Below, piece by piece: positions 51,678 to 64,000 of a DNA stretch of 64,000 nt (within the stretch, counting starts at the first letter, position 1; every line of letters starts with the position of its first letter). The stretch lies in contig NC_057719.1 in assembly GCF_004010195.1 (NCBI RefSeq), positions 75,926,882-75,990,881 of the forward strand, written 5' to 3'. A program made the position numbers and the translations under genes. Under the pieces are notes generated by a model. The model saw nothing but the letters and a program-made list of their open reading frames with translations, was not told the DNA's origin and ran no database searches. The stretch is from Chiloscyllium plagiosum. Lineage: Eukaryota.

Positions 51678-52689
51678 GGCAGGTTGCAGATATGATGCCA
51701 ACTCAACCAAGGTAGAAGCAGAAAATGTAAAAAATATTTTAAAGATGAGCAGGAGAGTTGGCCCAGTGCCCCAGCATTATTTATCCCTAAAGCAACAGAT
51801 GAATTGGTCATTAACACCTTGATGTTTGAGAGACTTCTCAGTGTCCCCAGTAGCTACTGTGTTCCTCCGCCTTGTCACGGTGAGCATTTTTCATAAGTAC
51901 TTAATTGACTTTTAAACACTTTGGGATTTCCTGGTGCTAATTTGTTTTGAATTCTTAAAAAATGTAGATATTACTAGCAAGGCCATCACTTATAGCTCAT
52001 TCTTAATTACCCTTGAGTTCCCTTGACCACTTAAGCATCAACCACCTTTCTGTAGGCCTGGAGTCAGATACATGCCTGACCAGCGGAAAAGAAAATATGG
52101 TATTTTTGTTTCATAATAACCAACAAAGGATACATGGTCACCACTCAACAAGGCATTTTTATAAGGTTCGCATTCATAGAATTCAATTTTCACTATTTGG
52201 GATTTGAGCCAGTATCTCAGAGGACTAGCCTGGGACGTTGGATCTCCATTAAACATTCTGATCTACATTCAGTGTCTGAGGTTTGAAATTGTTTAGGAGC
52301 TGAAAGGGATTTAAAAGTGCAGTTGCCTTCAGTGAGTTTCTGAAACATGGCGCATGGCATCTATGCATCTGGGGAGAAGGTTTAAAGTTTCCAGAGATCT
52401 CTGTGATGATCAGGTACACTTCAGGAGAGCTTTAAATGCCCACAAATTCAATCAAAAGTGTATCACTGAAACCCAGTAGAGGTGGGGTGGGGAATGGCAT
52501 ATTTGGCATTGGCAGTGCAGATATTGTTACTTCTCATGACCCAGGCACCCAGTTGGCAGTATAAACAGTGTAACAGAAAGCGGAAAAGAGTGCACACCCC
52601 TGGCAAAGAAGTGGCAGAAAAGAGATGACACCCTCACACATTCATGATAAAGAGGTGTGTGAGCAATGTGAGGTCAGCAAGAGTGGACT

Positions 52690-53520
52690 AGGCTTCACGT
52701 TAAAGGTACACCGAGAGGTGTTTGACCCTGAGGAAGCCAAATCTCCATAATCTCGTACAACCAATGGAGAAGGCAGCTCAGGTTAACCTGGGAAGTAGCC
52801 TTGTGTTTCAACCAGATCTCGAACAACATTCTGCCAATCCTCATGCCCACTTGGGTGTAGGAGCACATTAACTTCATGATGAACATGGCATCTCAAGTGC
52901 ACAGAGTGGGAAGGAGTTGCTGAATCAAAGGTGCTATTGCAGGCACCCCATATCACCAGACTGGCACCAACTCATCAATCTGGTTCTTTGATTCCCGGAA
53001 TGTGCAGGTAGTCAGTAACCACACCACATGGTCTGGGCGTTGTTCCTCAGAAATGTGTGGTGATTCATTCATCCTGATGAATTCACAACTCCTTCCACCT
53101 TTCCTACTCCTCTTGGAGTGATGAACCCCTTCAGACAGCTGCCATCACAACAGTCACATGGTGACACACATTACAATAGAGCAGGCCATTGGCAGACTCG
53201 CATGAAACACAAACTTGTTTTGCATTTTGCCCTGGAGGAGGAGACTCCAGGATTCCCCTGCAATGGTCTCCCAGTCAGTGGTCATGTTCTGCATTCTGCT
53301 ATAGAACACAGGGACCTACAACCAGAGGGACTGGAGGCCAGATCATTCACTGCAATCATCTCCAAACAAGAATGATAAGGAAGGTGCAGAGCAGGAGGAG
53401 GAGGCCCATATACAGATACGTGGGGAGGTGTGGGAGAAGAGGATGAGAATGGAAGAGAAAGAGAATGGTGGTAACAATGCTGAGGGCAGGCTGAGGTAGC
53501 CCTGACTGACTATCAAGAGA
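52690..53520 (+). mobile_element. Highly decayed PIF/Harbinger transposase remnant
   Basis: Colinear degenerate motifs GAIAGT (GAIDGTH-like, ~52930), NVQVV.NH, DSFIL and YNRA, with an acidic purine-rich tail. Confidence 0.45.
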
Positions 53521-53673
53521 TGCTCATTATCAGAAGCCTGCCAATGCAGAATATACTTACTGAGACTCAAAAAGCTCCCAGCTGGACTCAGTGAACAGCT
53601 TCCACATCATAAGCCTCCAACATGGAAGACTTTAATCTTTAATGAAATGCATGCTTCCCATGAGAGAGAAAAC

Positions 53674-53961
53674 TAGGAGAAAGTGAGGACTGCAGATGCT
53701 GGAGACCAGAGTTGAAAAATGTGGTGCTGGAAAAACACAGCAGGCCAGGCAGCATCCGAAGTGCAGGAGAATCAACGTTTCAGGCATAAGCTCTTCTTCA
53801 GGAATGAGGCAGGCTGAGATAAAAGGTAGGGGGGAGGGAATTTGGGGGAGGGGCGCTGGGAATCCGATAGGTGGAAGGAGGTGAGGGTGAGGGCGATAGG
53901 CCGGAGAGGGGGTGGGGGCAGAGAGATTGGGAAGAAGATTGCAGGTCAAGAGGGCGGTGCT
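53674..53961 (-). mobile_element. Penelope 3' fragment with hammerhead-like motif
   Basis: Same terminal repeat as 23759-23886. Minus strand CUGAAGA-AGAGC-UUAU-GCCU-GAAA-CGUU at 53774-53801. TSD gagagaaaac at 53664-53673 and 53962-53971. Confidence 0.75.
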
Positions 53962-54864
53962 GAGAGAAAACCCCAGCACACATCAAAGGTCAGGAGCAAT
54001 GTGGCTTAAACCACAACCCTTAACCTCATAACTGTGAACAGATAGGAACTCCTTCATAACCTGAAGATCCCAACCTCCAACATACACACACAAAACAAAT
54101 CACGTACGCACGCACTCGCATGCACACACACATGATTGTTAATGGCTGCCAGTGAACTGGTCAAAATGCCATCTTGTGCCCACTCAAACCATGCCCACTA
54201 TACCGAGATTGCCATTAGGAAGTAGAATTTTACACCAATGATCTACAGCAATGATTGTATGTGCCAACAGCACTGCAATGAATGCACATTGTTCAGGGTG
54301 AAGCCATATCTTTCTCAAAATAATTTCTTTAATTACCTTCCATATTGTCCAGCCTTGCTGTAATCTCAAGACTGAACATTATTTATGATATCCAATGCAT
54401 ATCATAAATCTAAACACACTTAGAAACAACAGCCTCTACTCCTTGGTGTGTAGAGGTTTCCAATGAAGTTGGCGGAGGGGGGACCACACAAGCATTCTTC
54501 CCTCGAGCACGTACAGCATCCTGATATGCTGAGCACCCATTTAAGTGAATGACTTCAACCCAATACTCCTGGTTAAATTTCACCTTTTAATCAAGATTTT
54601 CCACTATTTCCATTTGTTTACACAGTATTTTTTCCATCTGATCCAGTGATGAAACTTCCCAATCCAGCTATCACTGGGCCCAACAACAAGTTGAATCCAT
54701 TTCATGTACACTCCCCCTTCCCTTTCTATGATAGGATTCCCCTTGTGACTCCATCCACCCCACTATCTCTTGTATTCAACAGATTACCCTGCACCACCTC
54801 TGCCACTTCCAGTGTATTGCAGCCAGTCAGCACATCTTTCCCTGTCATCCACCTTTAACGTTCT

Positions 54865-55686
54865 GGACTTATACACTTAATGGTAAGGTCCTAGGGAGTG
54901 TTGCTGAACAAAGAGGCCTTGGAGTGCAGGTATATATGATAGTGAAGAAGGCGTTTGGTATGCTTTCCTTTATTGGTCAGAGTATTGAGTACAGGAGTTG
55001 GGAGGTCATGTTGCAGCTGTACAGGACATTGGCTAGGCCACTGTTAGAATATTGCATGCAATTCTGGTCTCCTTCCTGTTGGAAAGATGTTATGAAACTT
55101 GAAAGGGTTCAGAAAAGATTTACAAAGATGTTGCCAGGATTGGAGGATTTGAGCTATAGGGAGCGGCTGAACAGGCTGGGGCTGTTTTCCCTGGAGCGTC
55201 GGAGGCTGAGGGGTGACCTTATAGAGGTCTACAGGGGCATGAATAGGGTAAAGTATGAGGGGCATGAATAGGGTAAATAGACAAAGTCTTCTCCCTGGAG
55301 TCGGGAAGTCCAGAACTAGAGGGCATAGGTTTAGGATGAGAGGGAAAAGATATAAAAGAGACCTAAGGGGCAACATTTTCACGCAGAGGGTGGTACATGT
55401 GTGGAATGAGCTGCCAGAGGAAGTGATGGAGGCTGGTACAATTACAACATTTAAGAGTTAAAAATCACACAACACCAGGTTATAGTCCAACAGGTAACAC
55501 CGGCATCTCCAAATCATAACATTTAAGAGGCATTTGGATGGGTATATGAATAGGAAGGGTTTGGAGGGAAATGGTCTGGGTGCTGGCAGGTGGGACTAGA
55601 TTGGGTTGGGATATCTGGTCGGCATGGACGGGTTGGACTGAAGGGTCTGTTTCCATGCTGTACATCTCTATGACTCTATGACTCTA
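54865..55686 (+). mobile_element. CR1 LINE 3' fragment with a nested 58-60 bp insertion
   Basis: LYRTLARPLLEYCMQFWSP, LERVQKRFTKM and a (ctatgact)n tail. Insert at 55458-55517. Confidence 0.93.
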
Positions 55687-56250
55687 ATCCTCAATCATCC
55701 TGAACATAGAAGTGACAGAAATGCAACTCCTGCTCTTCTGCCTTCTCCTTTTTCATTTTTCAAAACCCCAAACACTCCTTGCAAGTGAAACAGTAGTTTA
55801 ATTTGTCTTTAAGTTCTGTTTTATATGTTTGCTGCATGCAATGTGGTCTCCCATACATTAGGAACACCAAATGCATTCTGGGTGACCGCTTTTGCAGATT
55901 ATCCCTGTTCAGTCTGTGATGAAGCTACTCCCTTAACAAGGTTATGTTGTCTTTGGTTTTTTTCAGAGAATTTGTAAATGACACAGGTTCTGAAAAGTCT
56001 GAGTTTGGATGGATTTTAAGGTCAATTTGTTTACAGCTAACAGATACTGCCTCAGGCAGAAGGCTAAAACCTTACACTTGTACAATGAAAGGGGAGTGGC
56101 TAGTTCTCCCAGCTCAGCTAACTTCTGGTTTGGTTTTAATGCAGTAGTGTGTGTTTGTGAAGAAAGGATGCTGCGCCCGCTCTCCCTCTCTCTCTGACTT
56201 CTCTTCTGTAAGAACTTGTTTGACAGCAGAAAGATGAAAATGTAAAGTAA

Positions 56251-57400
56251 TTGTATCAAAAGGCATACAAAGAAAAGGAAACCAAATGTATCCCTGAATG
56301 TTATTACCTTAAAAATGATATTTTAATGAAGAAACTGAGACCATCATGTATTCAGGCAGATGAGAATTGGGCAGAAATTCATCAAATTGTATTGCCAGTG
56401 GGGTATAGAAAGAAGGTGTTGCGAATGGTGCATGAGCTACCACTTGGGGGTCATTTAGGAGTGAGCACAACACAGGCTAAAATGCAAAGTAAACATTTTT
56501 ACTGGCCTGGACTACATAAGGATGTAGTTGAATTTTGCCAGGCATGTCATACACGTCAGGTAATTGGAAAACCGCAGGTGGTGCTAGATCCTGTACCTTT
56601 AATACCTATTCCAGCATTTGAGGAACCTTTTACAAGAATCTTAATTGATTGCGTAGATCCCCTACCTCTAACAAAAAGTGGGAATCAGTATTTGTTAAAA
56701 ATAATGGATGTAACAATTAGATTTCCAGTGGCCATTCCATTATGCAATATCACAGCCAAATAGATTATAGAGGAGTTACTTAAATATTTCACCAGATGCA
56801 GACTACCTATAGAGATATAGTTGAATCAAAGGTCAAACTTCACATCAAAATTACTCAAGGAAGTTATGGACAGCTTAGGAATAAAACAGTTCAAATCTAC
56901 TGCGTACCATCCAGAATCGCTAGAAAGGTGGCATTAGACATTAAAGACCAAGTTGAGGGATTATAGTCAAGACTATTGAGATGATTGGGATAAGGGAATT
57001 CTGTTTGTGCTTTTTGCGATCAGAGATGCACCAAATGAATTGACCAAATTCAGTCCATCTGAATTAACGTCTGGGCATGAAGTGAGAGGATTGATAAAGG
57101 AGAAATTGGTACGTCAGAATTCAGAGATCACATATTTAGACTATGTGCCAAATTTTAGGGAATGAGTAAATAGAGCTGGGGAGTTGGCTAGACAGCATTT
57201 AAAAGTATCACAGCATACAATGAAACAGGAAGCAGACAAGAAATCAACAATTCGTAATTTTGATATCGGGGGTAGGGTCATAGGTGAACCTTTAAAAGCA
57301 AGGTTTAGTGGACCTTATCAAATCGAGAGGGAATTGAGTGAGGTGAACTACAGACTCCAGACAGAAAGAATCTCACAGACTGTGTCATATGAATATGATC
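56251..57400 (+). pseudogene. Retrotransposon integrase remnant (HHCC zinc finger, catalytic core, GPY/F module)
   Basis: HELPLGGHLG...CQAC, EEPFTRILIDCVDPLP, YHPES and RFSGPYQI motifs, broken by stops and frameshifts. Confidence 0.88.
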
Positions 57401-57699
57401 AAAAGATACTTTTGACAGGGAAGGAAAGCAAGAGGAGAATGTGTTATTGATTACAACACAGAGGGAAGAACCAAGTTCAGATGATTCTGAATTGGACATT
57501 CCTCAAATCAAATTGGACAATGAGGAAGTTGTCAAAAATTGGGATAAATTATTGAGTTACCTTCCCAAAGAAAACTGAAATGACCTGAAAGAGTTATTAC
57601 TATCACAGGGGGAGATATGTGGAAAGAAACTGGGAAGTACTAATCTAATTATACATGACGTAGAGATAGAAAAAACTGTTCCAATTAAGCAACATCCTT

Positions 57700-58910
57700 A
57701 TAGGCATAACCCACTAACATTGGCACAAGCTCAAAAGTTCAAAAGGAGATTGAACACATGCTTCAAGGCAATATAATCTAAGTGAGTTACAGTGACTAAG
57801 CTCACCCATAGTAATGGTGCCAAAACCAGATGGTACCCAACGGTTATGTGTGGACTTTTGCAAAGTCAATGCAGTTACAAAGACTGATGCATATCCGATT
57901 CCACGGTTGGAAGACTGTGTTGAGAAGGTGGGACAAGCAATTGATATTTATAATTTGCACTTGCTCAGAGGATACAGGGGGGTACCTTTGTCAGAAAGAG
58001 CAAAGGCAATTTCAGCTTTCGTAATGTCAAATGGACGGAATCAGTTTAAAGTCATGCCATTTGGCATGAAAAATGCACCAGCCACATTTCAGAGACTAAC
58101 CAATAAGGTCATTGCTGGATTACCCACCTGTGTTGTTTATATTGATGACCTGATGATTTTTAGTCACACGTGGAAGGGACATTTGCAACATTTATCAGAC
58201 TTGTTTGTTCGACTTTGGAAGGCAGGCTTCGTGATAAACCTTGCTAAAAGTGGATTTACCAAACCCCAAGTCACTTTCCTGGACCATGTTATTGGACATG
58301 AACAAATGGGATGCAAAAACAAAGATAACTGGGGAGTTTCCCATACCATCAACAAAAACAGCAGTACTACAGTTCCTGGGATTGAATGGACTTCATCAAA
58401 AATTTATACCAAATGTTAGCGGTGTGGCTGCTCCACTCACTGGATTGCGAAAGTGAGGCAAGAAATTTCAGTGGACAGCCGACTGTCAGAAGGCATTTGA
58501 CAGACTGAAAGCTGTGTTAATCACTGCCCCAGTATTAGCCACACCTAATTACGCAAAGCCATTCAAGGTGGCTATCGATGCCAGTGATGTGGGTATCAGT
58601 GCTGTGCGTTTGCAACAAAATGTCGAGAAAATAGAAAGATATAAATACCTATCAGGTATTTCAAAGTTGAACATTCATCAGCAGAAATATTTGACGTTTG
58701 AGAAGGAGACTTTGGGCTTGGTGTTGTCATTGCAATATTTCAGTGTTTATGCTGCCAGCAACGCATCTGAGACAATCATACGCACGGGAAAAATTTAAGG
58801 ACAAAAATGCCAGACTGTTTAGATGGAGTTTGTTTTGTTACAGCCATTCAATTTAAAACTGTGTATGTAGCAGGATGGGAAAACATGATTACTGACACTT
58901 TGTTGAGACC
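57700..58910 (+). pseudogene. Gypsy-type reverse transcriptase and RNase H remnant
   Basis: KPDGTQRLCVDF, MPFGMKNAPATFQR, YIDD (58138-58149), then RNase H motifs DASDVG and EKETLGLV. Frameshifted. Confidence 0.92.
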
Positions 58911-59098
58911 TGAATGAGAAACGGAGGTGTTTAGTGGCAGGAGGACAACAGGCTGAAATGGAGTGTAATTGTGTATGTTTGCACATTGTTAGCCAATGTA
59001 ATGTATATGTGTGTTTTCGAGTACTAATCAATTTTTAGAGGGTTTTGAATGAAGCCATCTTTGGATATTGATGGTTCACTATTTTTAAGGGGGGGAGG

Positions 59099-59722
59099 TG
59101 TGATGAAGCTACTCCTTAAGTAAGGCTATTTTGTCCTTGGTTTTTTTCAGAAAGGTCGTAAACGACACAGGTTCTGAAAAGTCTGAGTTTGGATGGATTT
59201 TAGGGCCAATTTGATAACAGCTAACAGATACTGCCTCAGACAGAAGGCTTTCAAGTTTAAAAATCTTGTAAAATGAAAGGGGAGTGGCCAATTCTCCCAA
59301 CTCAGCTAATCTGGTTTGGTTTTAATGCAGCCATGTGTTTGTGTGTGTGTGTGTATGTGTGAAGAAAGGCTCCTGGACCCCCTCTCTCTCTGACTTCTCT
59401 CCTGTAAGAACTTGTTGGATTTTTCCTTTTGTGCTAAGGAGTGTTTATGGGAATTGTTGCAAGTATCTGGAACAACATCGATAAGTTAGGATAGCCTGTT
59501 GGGTTTTCAGATATGATAAGTTATTCAGTATCCTGTTTTCTGCTCTTTGTGTTTCATTCAGTGATATTATAAATAAATTCTGTTTTGTTTAAAACTAAGT
59601 GGTTTGACCAGCTGATTCTCTCCTGGAATATCTACTTTACACCTGCTTAAAACAACGAGCAAAGTTAGGATCTGAGCTACCTTCTTGAAATGTTTTGAGG
59701 GGTTCTGGCTTGGTCCATAACA
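59099..59722 (+). repeat. 3' LTR (624 bp)
   Basis: Starts tgtgatg directly after the polypurine tract, ends cataaca, internal AATAAA at 59572. First ~320 bp match 55915-56221. Confidence 0.92.
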
Positions 59723-60835
59723 AGTCCATAAACATGACTCTGAGCTTCGGGTTGCTAGTCATTTTTGCTCTGTGCTTTGCTCCTATGCTGACTTTGCTGG
59801 AGTGATCCAGTGAAGCTCAGCACAATCTTGAGGAACAGCATCTTACCTTTTGACCTCGTATTCTACAGCTCTCTCGACTCAACACTAAGTTCAACAACTT
59901 AGATGGCAGTTTCTGCCTCTCTTTTGTCTTCTGCCTTTTTATATCTTGCCCTTTGTTTTATTGGAAAGGTCTGGTCTTCTTTCTGTATCATTTCACATTG
60001 TATTCAGATGGTTTTTATATGGGGATGTACACCTCATTTCGACATACTCTTTGTTTCTTCTCTCTGTCCATCCCTGATACTTCATGAAATCTTTTTGTTA
60101 TTTATGTCACTCTATCCTGGACCTTCTCCTTTGTGCTTCCTGTCCCCTGGCTCCAACCGAGAGTTCAAACACTATTTATTTCTCATTAACTCTGATGTAG
60201 GATTATCAACTCAAAATGTTAATGCTGGTTCTGTCAACAGATGCTGCCAGATGTGCTGAGTATTTCAAGCTCTCTATTGTTGTTATTCTAAACTAGGTCT
60301 GATCTCTGAGACTCGTCCTCCTTTCAAGTCAATAATTTCTGGGCAAGAAAATGCTGCAAGGAGCATTTTGGTGTTGAACAAAAGCAGGGCAGGACATTTT
60401 CGGATATAGTGATGTGCATTTTAGAAAGTGTTTAATTGTGATATATGCAAAGACATGGTGGTACCCCAGTCAACCCATTAGCTGTCAAAGTGTCTCTAAT
60501 GTTGCCTCACAAGAGTTGGAGGGTGGCCGCTAGTCTCTAGTTATACATGGCATTGAGGAAGCATGGTGGCTCGGCTATTGTGTAGAGTCCTGTTGAGGAC
60601 ATACCTCCAATTATAGTTTCTGCAGAGACAGTTGTCGTCACGAGGATACATAGAGCTGACAATTGCTGAGGCCAAGGAGCTGGGGAGTTGGGTGAGGATG
60701 AGCATGCTAAGATGGTGTCAGTATCCTCACCTGCTGCAACCTGTCCTAACCTTCCCAGGTTATCCTTCGGGTGTTAAGTGGGGCACCAGGGTGAATGTTC
60801 CATTCAGGGATTCCAGTTCCCTATGTGGATAATGA

Positions 60836-61735
60836 ATTGACTTGAATTGAATTTATTGTCACGTGTACTGAGGCAATATAGGCAGGTCAGAGTTAAGTAG
60901 CATAGATAGTAAATAATAGGGGAACAGCGTCAAAAACAAAACACACGTACAAGCGAATGGTAAGAGTTTGTGAGTCCATTCAGTATTCTAACAACTAGGG
61001 TAGAAACTGTTGCGAAACCGGCTGCTGCGTGTGTTCAGGCTTCTGTACCTTCTCCCCGATGGTAGAGGTTGTAGAAAAATATTGCTAGGGTGGGATGGAT
61101 CTTTAAGAATGCTGGCAGCCTTTCCTTGACAGCGGGCCTGGTAGATGGAGTCTATAGATGGGAGGTTGGCCTTTGTGACTGTCTGGGCTAAGTTCACCAT
61201 TCTCTGTAACCATCTCCGATTTTGAATAGTACAGTTGCCACACCAGGCAGTGACAGAATGCTCTTGATGGCACACCTATAAAGGTTGCCAAGGGTATTCA
61301 CCATCTTGCCAAATATCCTCAGCTGCCTGAGGAAGAAGAGACGTTGTTGGGCCTTTGTAACCAGTGCATCCACATGAAGAGTCCAAGAAAACATATTGTG
61401 GATGACCACTCCCAGGAGCTTGGCAGTCTCCACTCATTCCACCTCTGTGCTGTTAATGTGTAGGGGGGCATGAGTAACATCCCGCCGAAAGTCAATAATG
61501 AGTTCCTTGGCTGTTGTGACATTGAGAGCTAGGTTGTTCTCAGTCCACCTCCCATCTGTAGACTGTTTCATCACCATCTGAGATTCGACTGACTATAGTT
61601 GTGTCATCAGCGAATATGTAAATGATATTAGTCTGGTATTTGGTGACACAGTCATGGGTATACAGTGACTACAGTAGGAGGTTGACTACGCACCCCCTGG
61701 GGGGGTTCCAGTGTTGAGTGTTAGTGAAGATGCCG
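60836..61735 (-). mobile_element. Rex1/Babar-like LINE 3' fragment
   Basis: Minus strand FADDTT, KAQQRLFFLRQLR and LPSGRRYRSL...RFRNSFYP, with an (attca)n-type tail. Confidence 0.8.
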
Positions 61736-63659
61736 AATGGACTGCTGCAGGCTACTCGAGTCAGCCTGCTAGCCTTTGCAGGGGGTCACCCTGCTCTTGT
61801 ATCCACTCCCAGTGAAGTTGTGTGTGTCTTACGATGTGGCTAGCTGTTCTCTCATGGTTGGAACTCAGGTCTGAGACTGGGTGGGGCGCGGCACTGCACA
61901 GAACCCCTCCACTTTCAATGCCTGAGCTCCCACTGCTGCAGGAACTCTATCAGATGCCTACACATCTGTTCCTCATGGTCCAAAAGGTGGCTCCTGAATC
62001 CATACTTCCTTCCCCATAGTGACTCTCTTTCCTCCTCTGAGCTGAGTAAACAAAGAGAAGTGTATAAACACAAGGAAACTGTATATAATAACTTATATAT
62101 GGGTGTAATTAAAGATTATTAAAGCACTAAAGAGATTGAACGAGTTTCACTTGAAGATAAGGATGACTTAATGATGTCTGATACCAAGAAGAGTGGTAAC
62201 GTATTGAAATAGAACAAAAATTTATTGTCACATGTGCTTTTACTTGAAAAATACAGCAAAAAGTTTTATAAGTCATCCTATTTACATCAATGACAGAAGT
62301 CATATATAATTTAAAACAAGTATAATTGAGACAATGTTCATCACAGTTCAGTTTATAGGCTCGTAGGCTCAGGAAAGCTGATTAAATAACGATGAGATAC
62401 CCTGAAGTCACAGCCGGAATAAGATCATCACACCAGGAGGCCACTGGAATACTGGGCTGGACACCTCAGGCAAAGAAGTCTACCACGCTGATCTGAGACT
62501 CCCACTCCTGGATGAAAGCGTCTGCCGGGCTGCTGGATAACTGGACGCTGAAGATGAAGAAGACCTCCAGGCAGGTCCATGCCAGGAGACCACCATGCTG
62601 AACTGAGATTGCTACTTCTCCGCCTTCAGGTGTCCGGGCCTAGCTGAGGCCTGGAGCCTCAGCCTAATCTCTTTTCTGCATCCATCTGTAACAGTGTTTG
62701 TGTAGACCTCCACAGCTCAGAGACACAGTGAGGTTCACATCAGACATGTCAAGGAGCACTATAATTGCTGAATGTGATTCACTACAAGGAACCACTTAGC
62801 CCTTCTTCCCCCCCATCTCTTGTCTTCCTTTCTAGAAAGCAGACGTGACCAACTGGAACACTGCTGGGATTAAGAAGGTGCCTGGTCACTGGCAGTAATC
62901 TGGGCAGTTTCTTCCTCGGCCAACCATGGAACTGTTGTTGTGAAGTATACCTCAGATTGTGCATCCACATTCTCCACCATGTTGGTTCCCACCGAGGTGT
63001 CCGTAATGGGGCTGGTGAGTGGAGGCTGCAAGAGGCAGCCATGTTGAGACTTCCTCTGAAACCTCAGTGCTCCCACCCTCATAAGTTGAGGATGGGGCTT
63101 TTGGTGAAGCTGGCCATTTCTCCACAGGAGTTGTGGTAAAGCTGGGGGAGCCTGCAAGTTAAAAGAGAGAGAGAGAGAAAGTCGGCATTGCGGACAGTGG
63201 TTAGAAGAGGTATCTGTCAAGTGAGAGTGACAGCACGGTTAATAAGGGAATGGCCGTGGATTGCTGAGTGGCACTTACTTGTTTGATGGGGCATGGATGT
63301 TTCAGAATCCCTCCAGGATTCTCCTGTGAGGGTCAGGATTGTCTCCTCGCGGTGGGAGGGTTGTGAGATCATGGGTGTAGAGGTATCCCTCCACCTTTCT
63401 GGAGTCTCTCTACCCTGTTATAAGCTGTCTTCTCTTGTAATGGGGGGAATCGGTAAGATGACAGTGGGTGTCAGGGCTGTTAGTGCTGGTGATTGTGGGA
63501 AAAGGTTTACCGAAGGACTGGGGAGGCGATGCAGAAGCCATGTCGAATTAATGCTGTGGAGGGAAAGGACATTGTAGGCAATGGTGAGATTGGCGGAAGC
63601 TGAGTACTGTGGCAGAGATAGAGTGAGTGTGAGGTGGATGGGTGAAGACTGTGGCATTT

Positions 63660-64000
63660 AATTTGGTCGTGCAGAGAGGGTCATCGACCATACCTCCTTC
63701 ATAAGGTCAGAAATATGGATGTTCCCTGATAACTCCACAATGTTCAGCACCAATTGTTTCTGCTGAGATATTGATGCAAGCCATGTCAAAATGCAGCATG
63801 ACCTGGATGATGACCAGGCTTGGTTTGATATATAGCAAGTAACATTCATGCCACAAAAATGCCATGCAGTGACCATTCCATCCTAACCTAACCACCATCT
63901 CTTGATATTATTACTATCACTGTATCCCACACTATCGGCACCCTGGAGGTTACCATTGGCTGACCACTGAACTAGACTATCCATATAAATGGCTACAAGA
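63660..64000 (+). mobile_element. Decayed LINE RT fragment (similar material at ~770-1130 on the - strand)
   Basis: Degenerate MFPDNSTMF (FADD-like), MQHDLD and QVTFMPQKC motifs. Confidence 0.6.

Larger units (their letters stand above)
55915..59722 (+). mobile_element. Gmr1-like Ty3/gypsy LTR retrotransposon, internally deleted and decayed
   Basis: TG...CA ends, AGTC TSD (55911-55914 and 59723-59726), partial 5' LTR 55915-~56221, full 3' LTR 59099-59722, polypurine tract 59087-59098, pol remnants in the order INT-RT-RNaseH. Confidence 0.92.
54640..60290 (+). mobile_element. Old Penelope-like element split by a CR1 (54865-55686) and the LTR element (55915-59722)
   Basis: Colinear decayed pieces: DRIPLV (~54730), GIY-YIG-like C..CGLPYI..TK..LGDRFA (55835-55900), continuation LEEQHL.F (~59830) and a terminal repeat at ~60190-60290. 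Confidence 0.7.

Noticed and set aside
55233..55277. 20-bp direct repeat aggggcatgaatagggtaaa inside a CR1
   Set aside because: Simple local slippage duplication with no sign of function.
56251..58798. Possible domesticated or active integrase/RT gene
   Set aside because: Multiple stops and frameshifts, missing gag and protease, and LTR plus TSD context indicate a dead retrotransposon.
62782..63657. Cluster of short ORFs near the window end as a possible neighbouring gene
   Set aside because: No recognisable domain or consistent splice structure. Probably old TE sequence, left unassigned.

Overview
Eukaryotic (vertebrate) genomic DNA, most likely a shark or other cartilaginous fish, inferred from many HE1/V-SINE-type SINEs and their partner CR1-type LINEs. 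The only host gene visible is the 3' end of a Na+/Ca2+ exchanger gene on the + strand, best matching SLC8A3 (NCX3). It has three coding exons (9348-9447, 40323-40595, 45155-45531) joined in frame by GT-AG introns of about 30.9 kb and 4.6 kb, then a probable ~5.4 kb 3' UTR ending near AATAAA at 50968. The rest is mostly decayed transposable elements: a 28/29-bp minisatellite, at least three tRNA-derived SINE families, CR1 and Rex1/Babar-like LINE fragments, Penelope-like elements (PLEs), a Harbinger remnant, a MITE and LTR elements. The most interesting items are (1) an internally deleted Ty3/gypsy element with the unusual Gmr1-like order INT-RT-RNaseH, inserted into the GIY-YIG region of an older PLE; (2) PLE ends carrying minimal hammerhead-ribozyme motifs, several present as tiny fold-back insertions with their own target-site duplications (TSDs); (3) a perfect 18-bp hairpin in repeat-poor intron; and (4) a local ~370-bp inverted duplication. 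These fit known or plausible element classes. I cannot claim a wholly new biological system from the sequence alone, and all family names come from motif recognition, not database searches.
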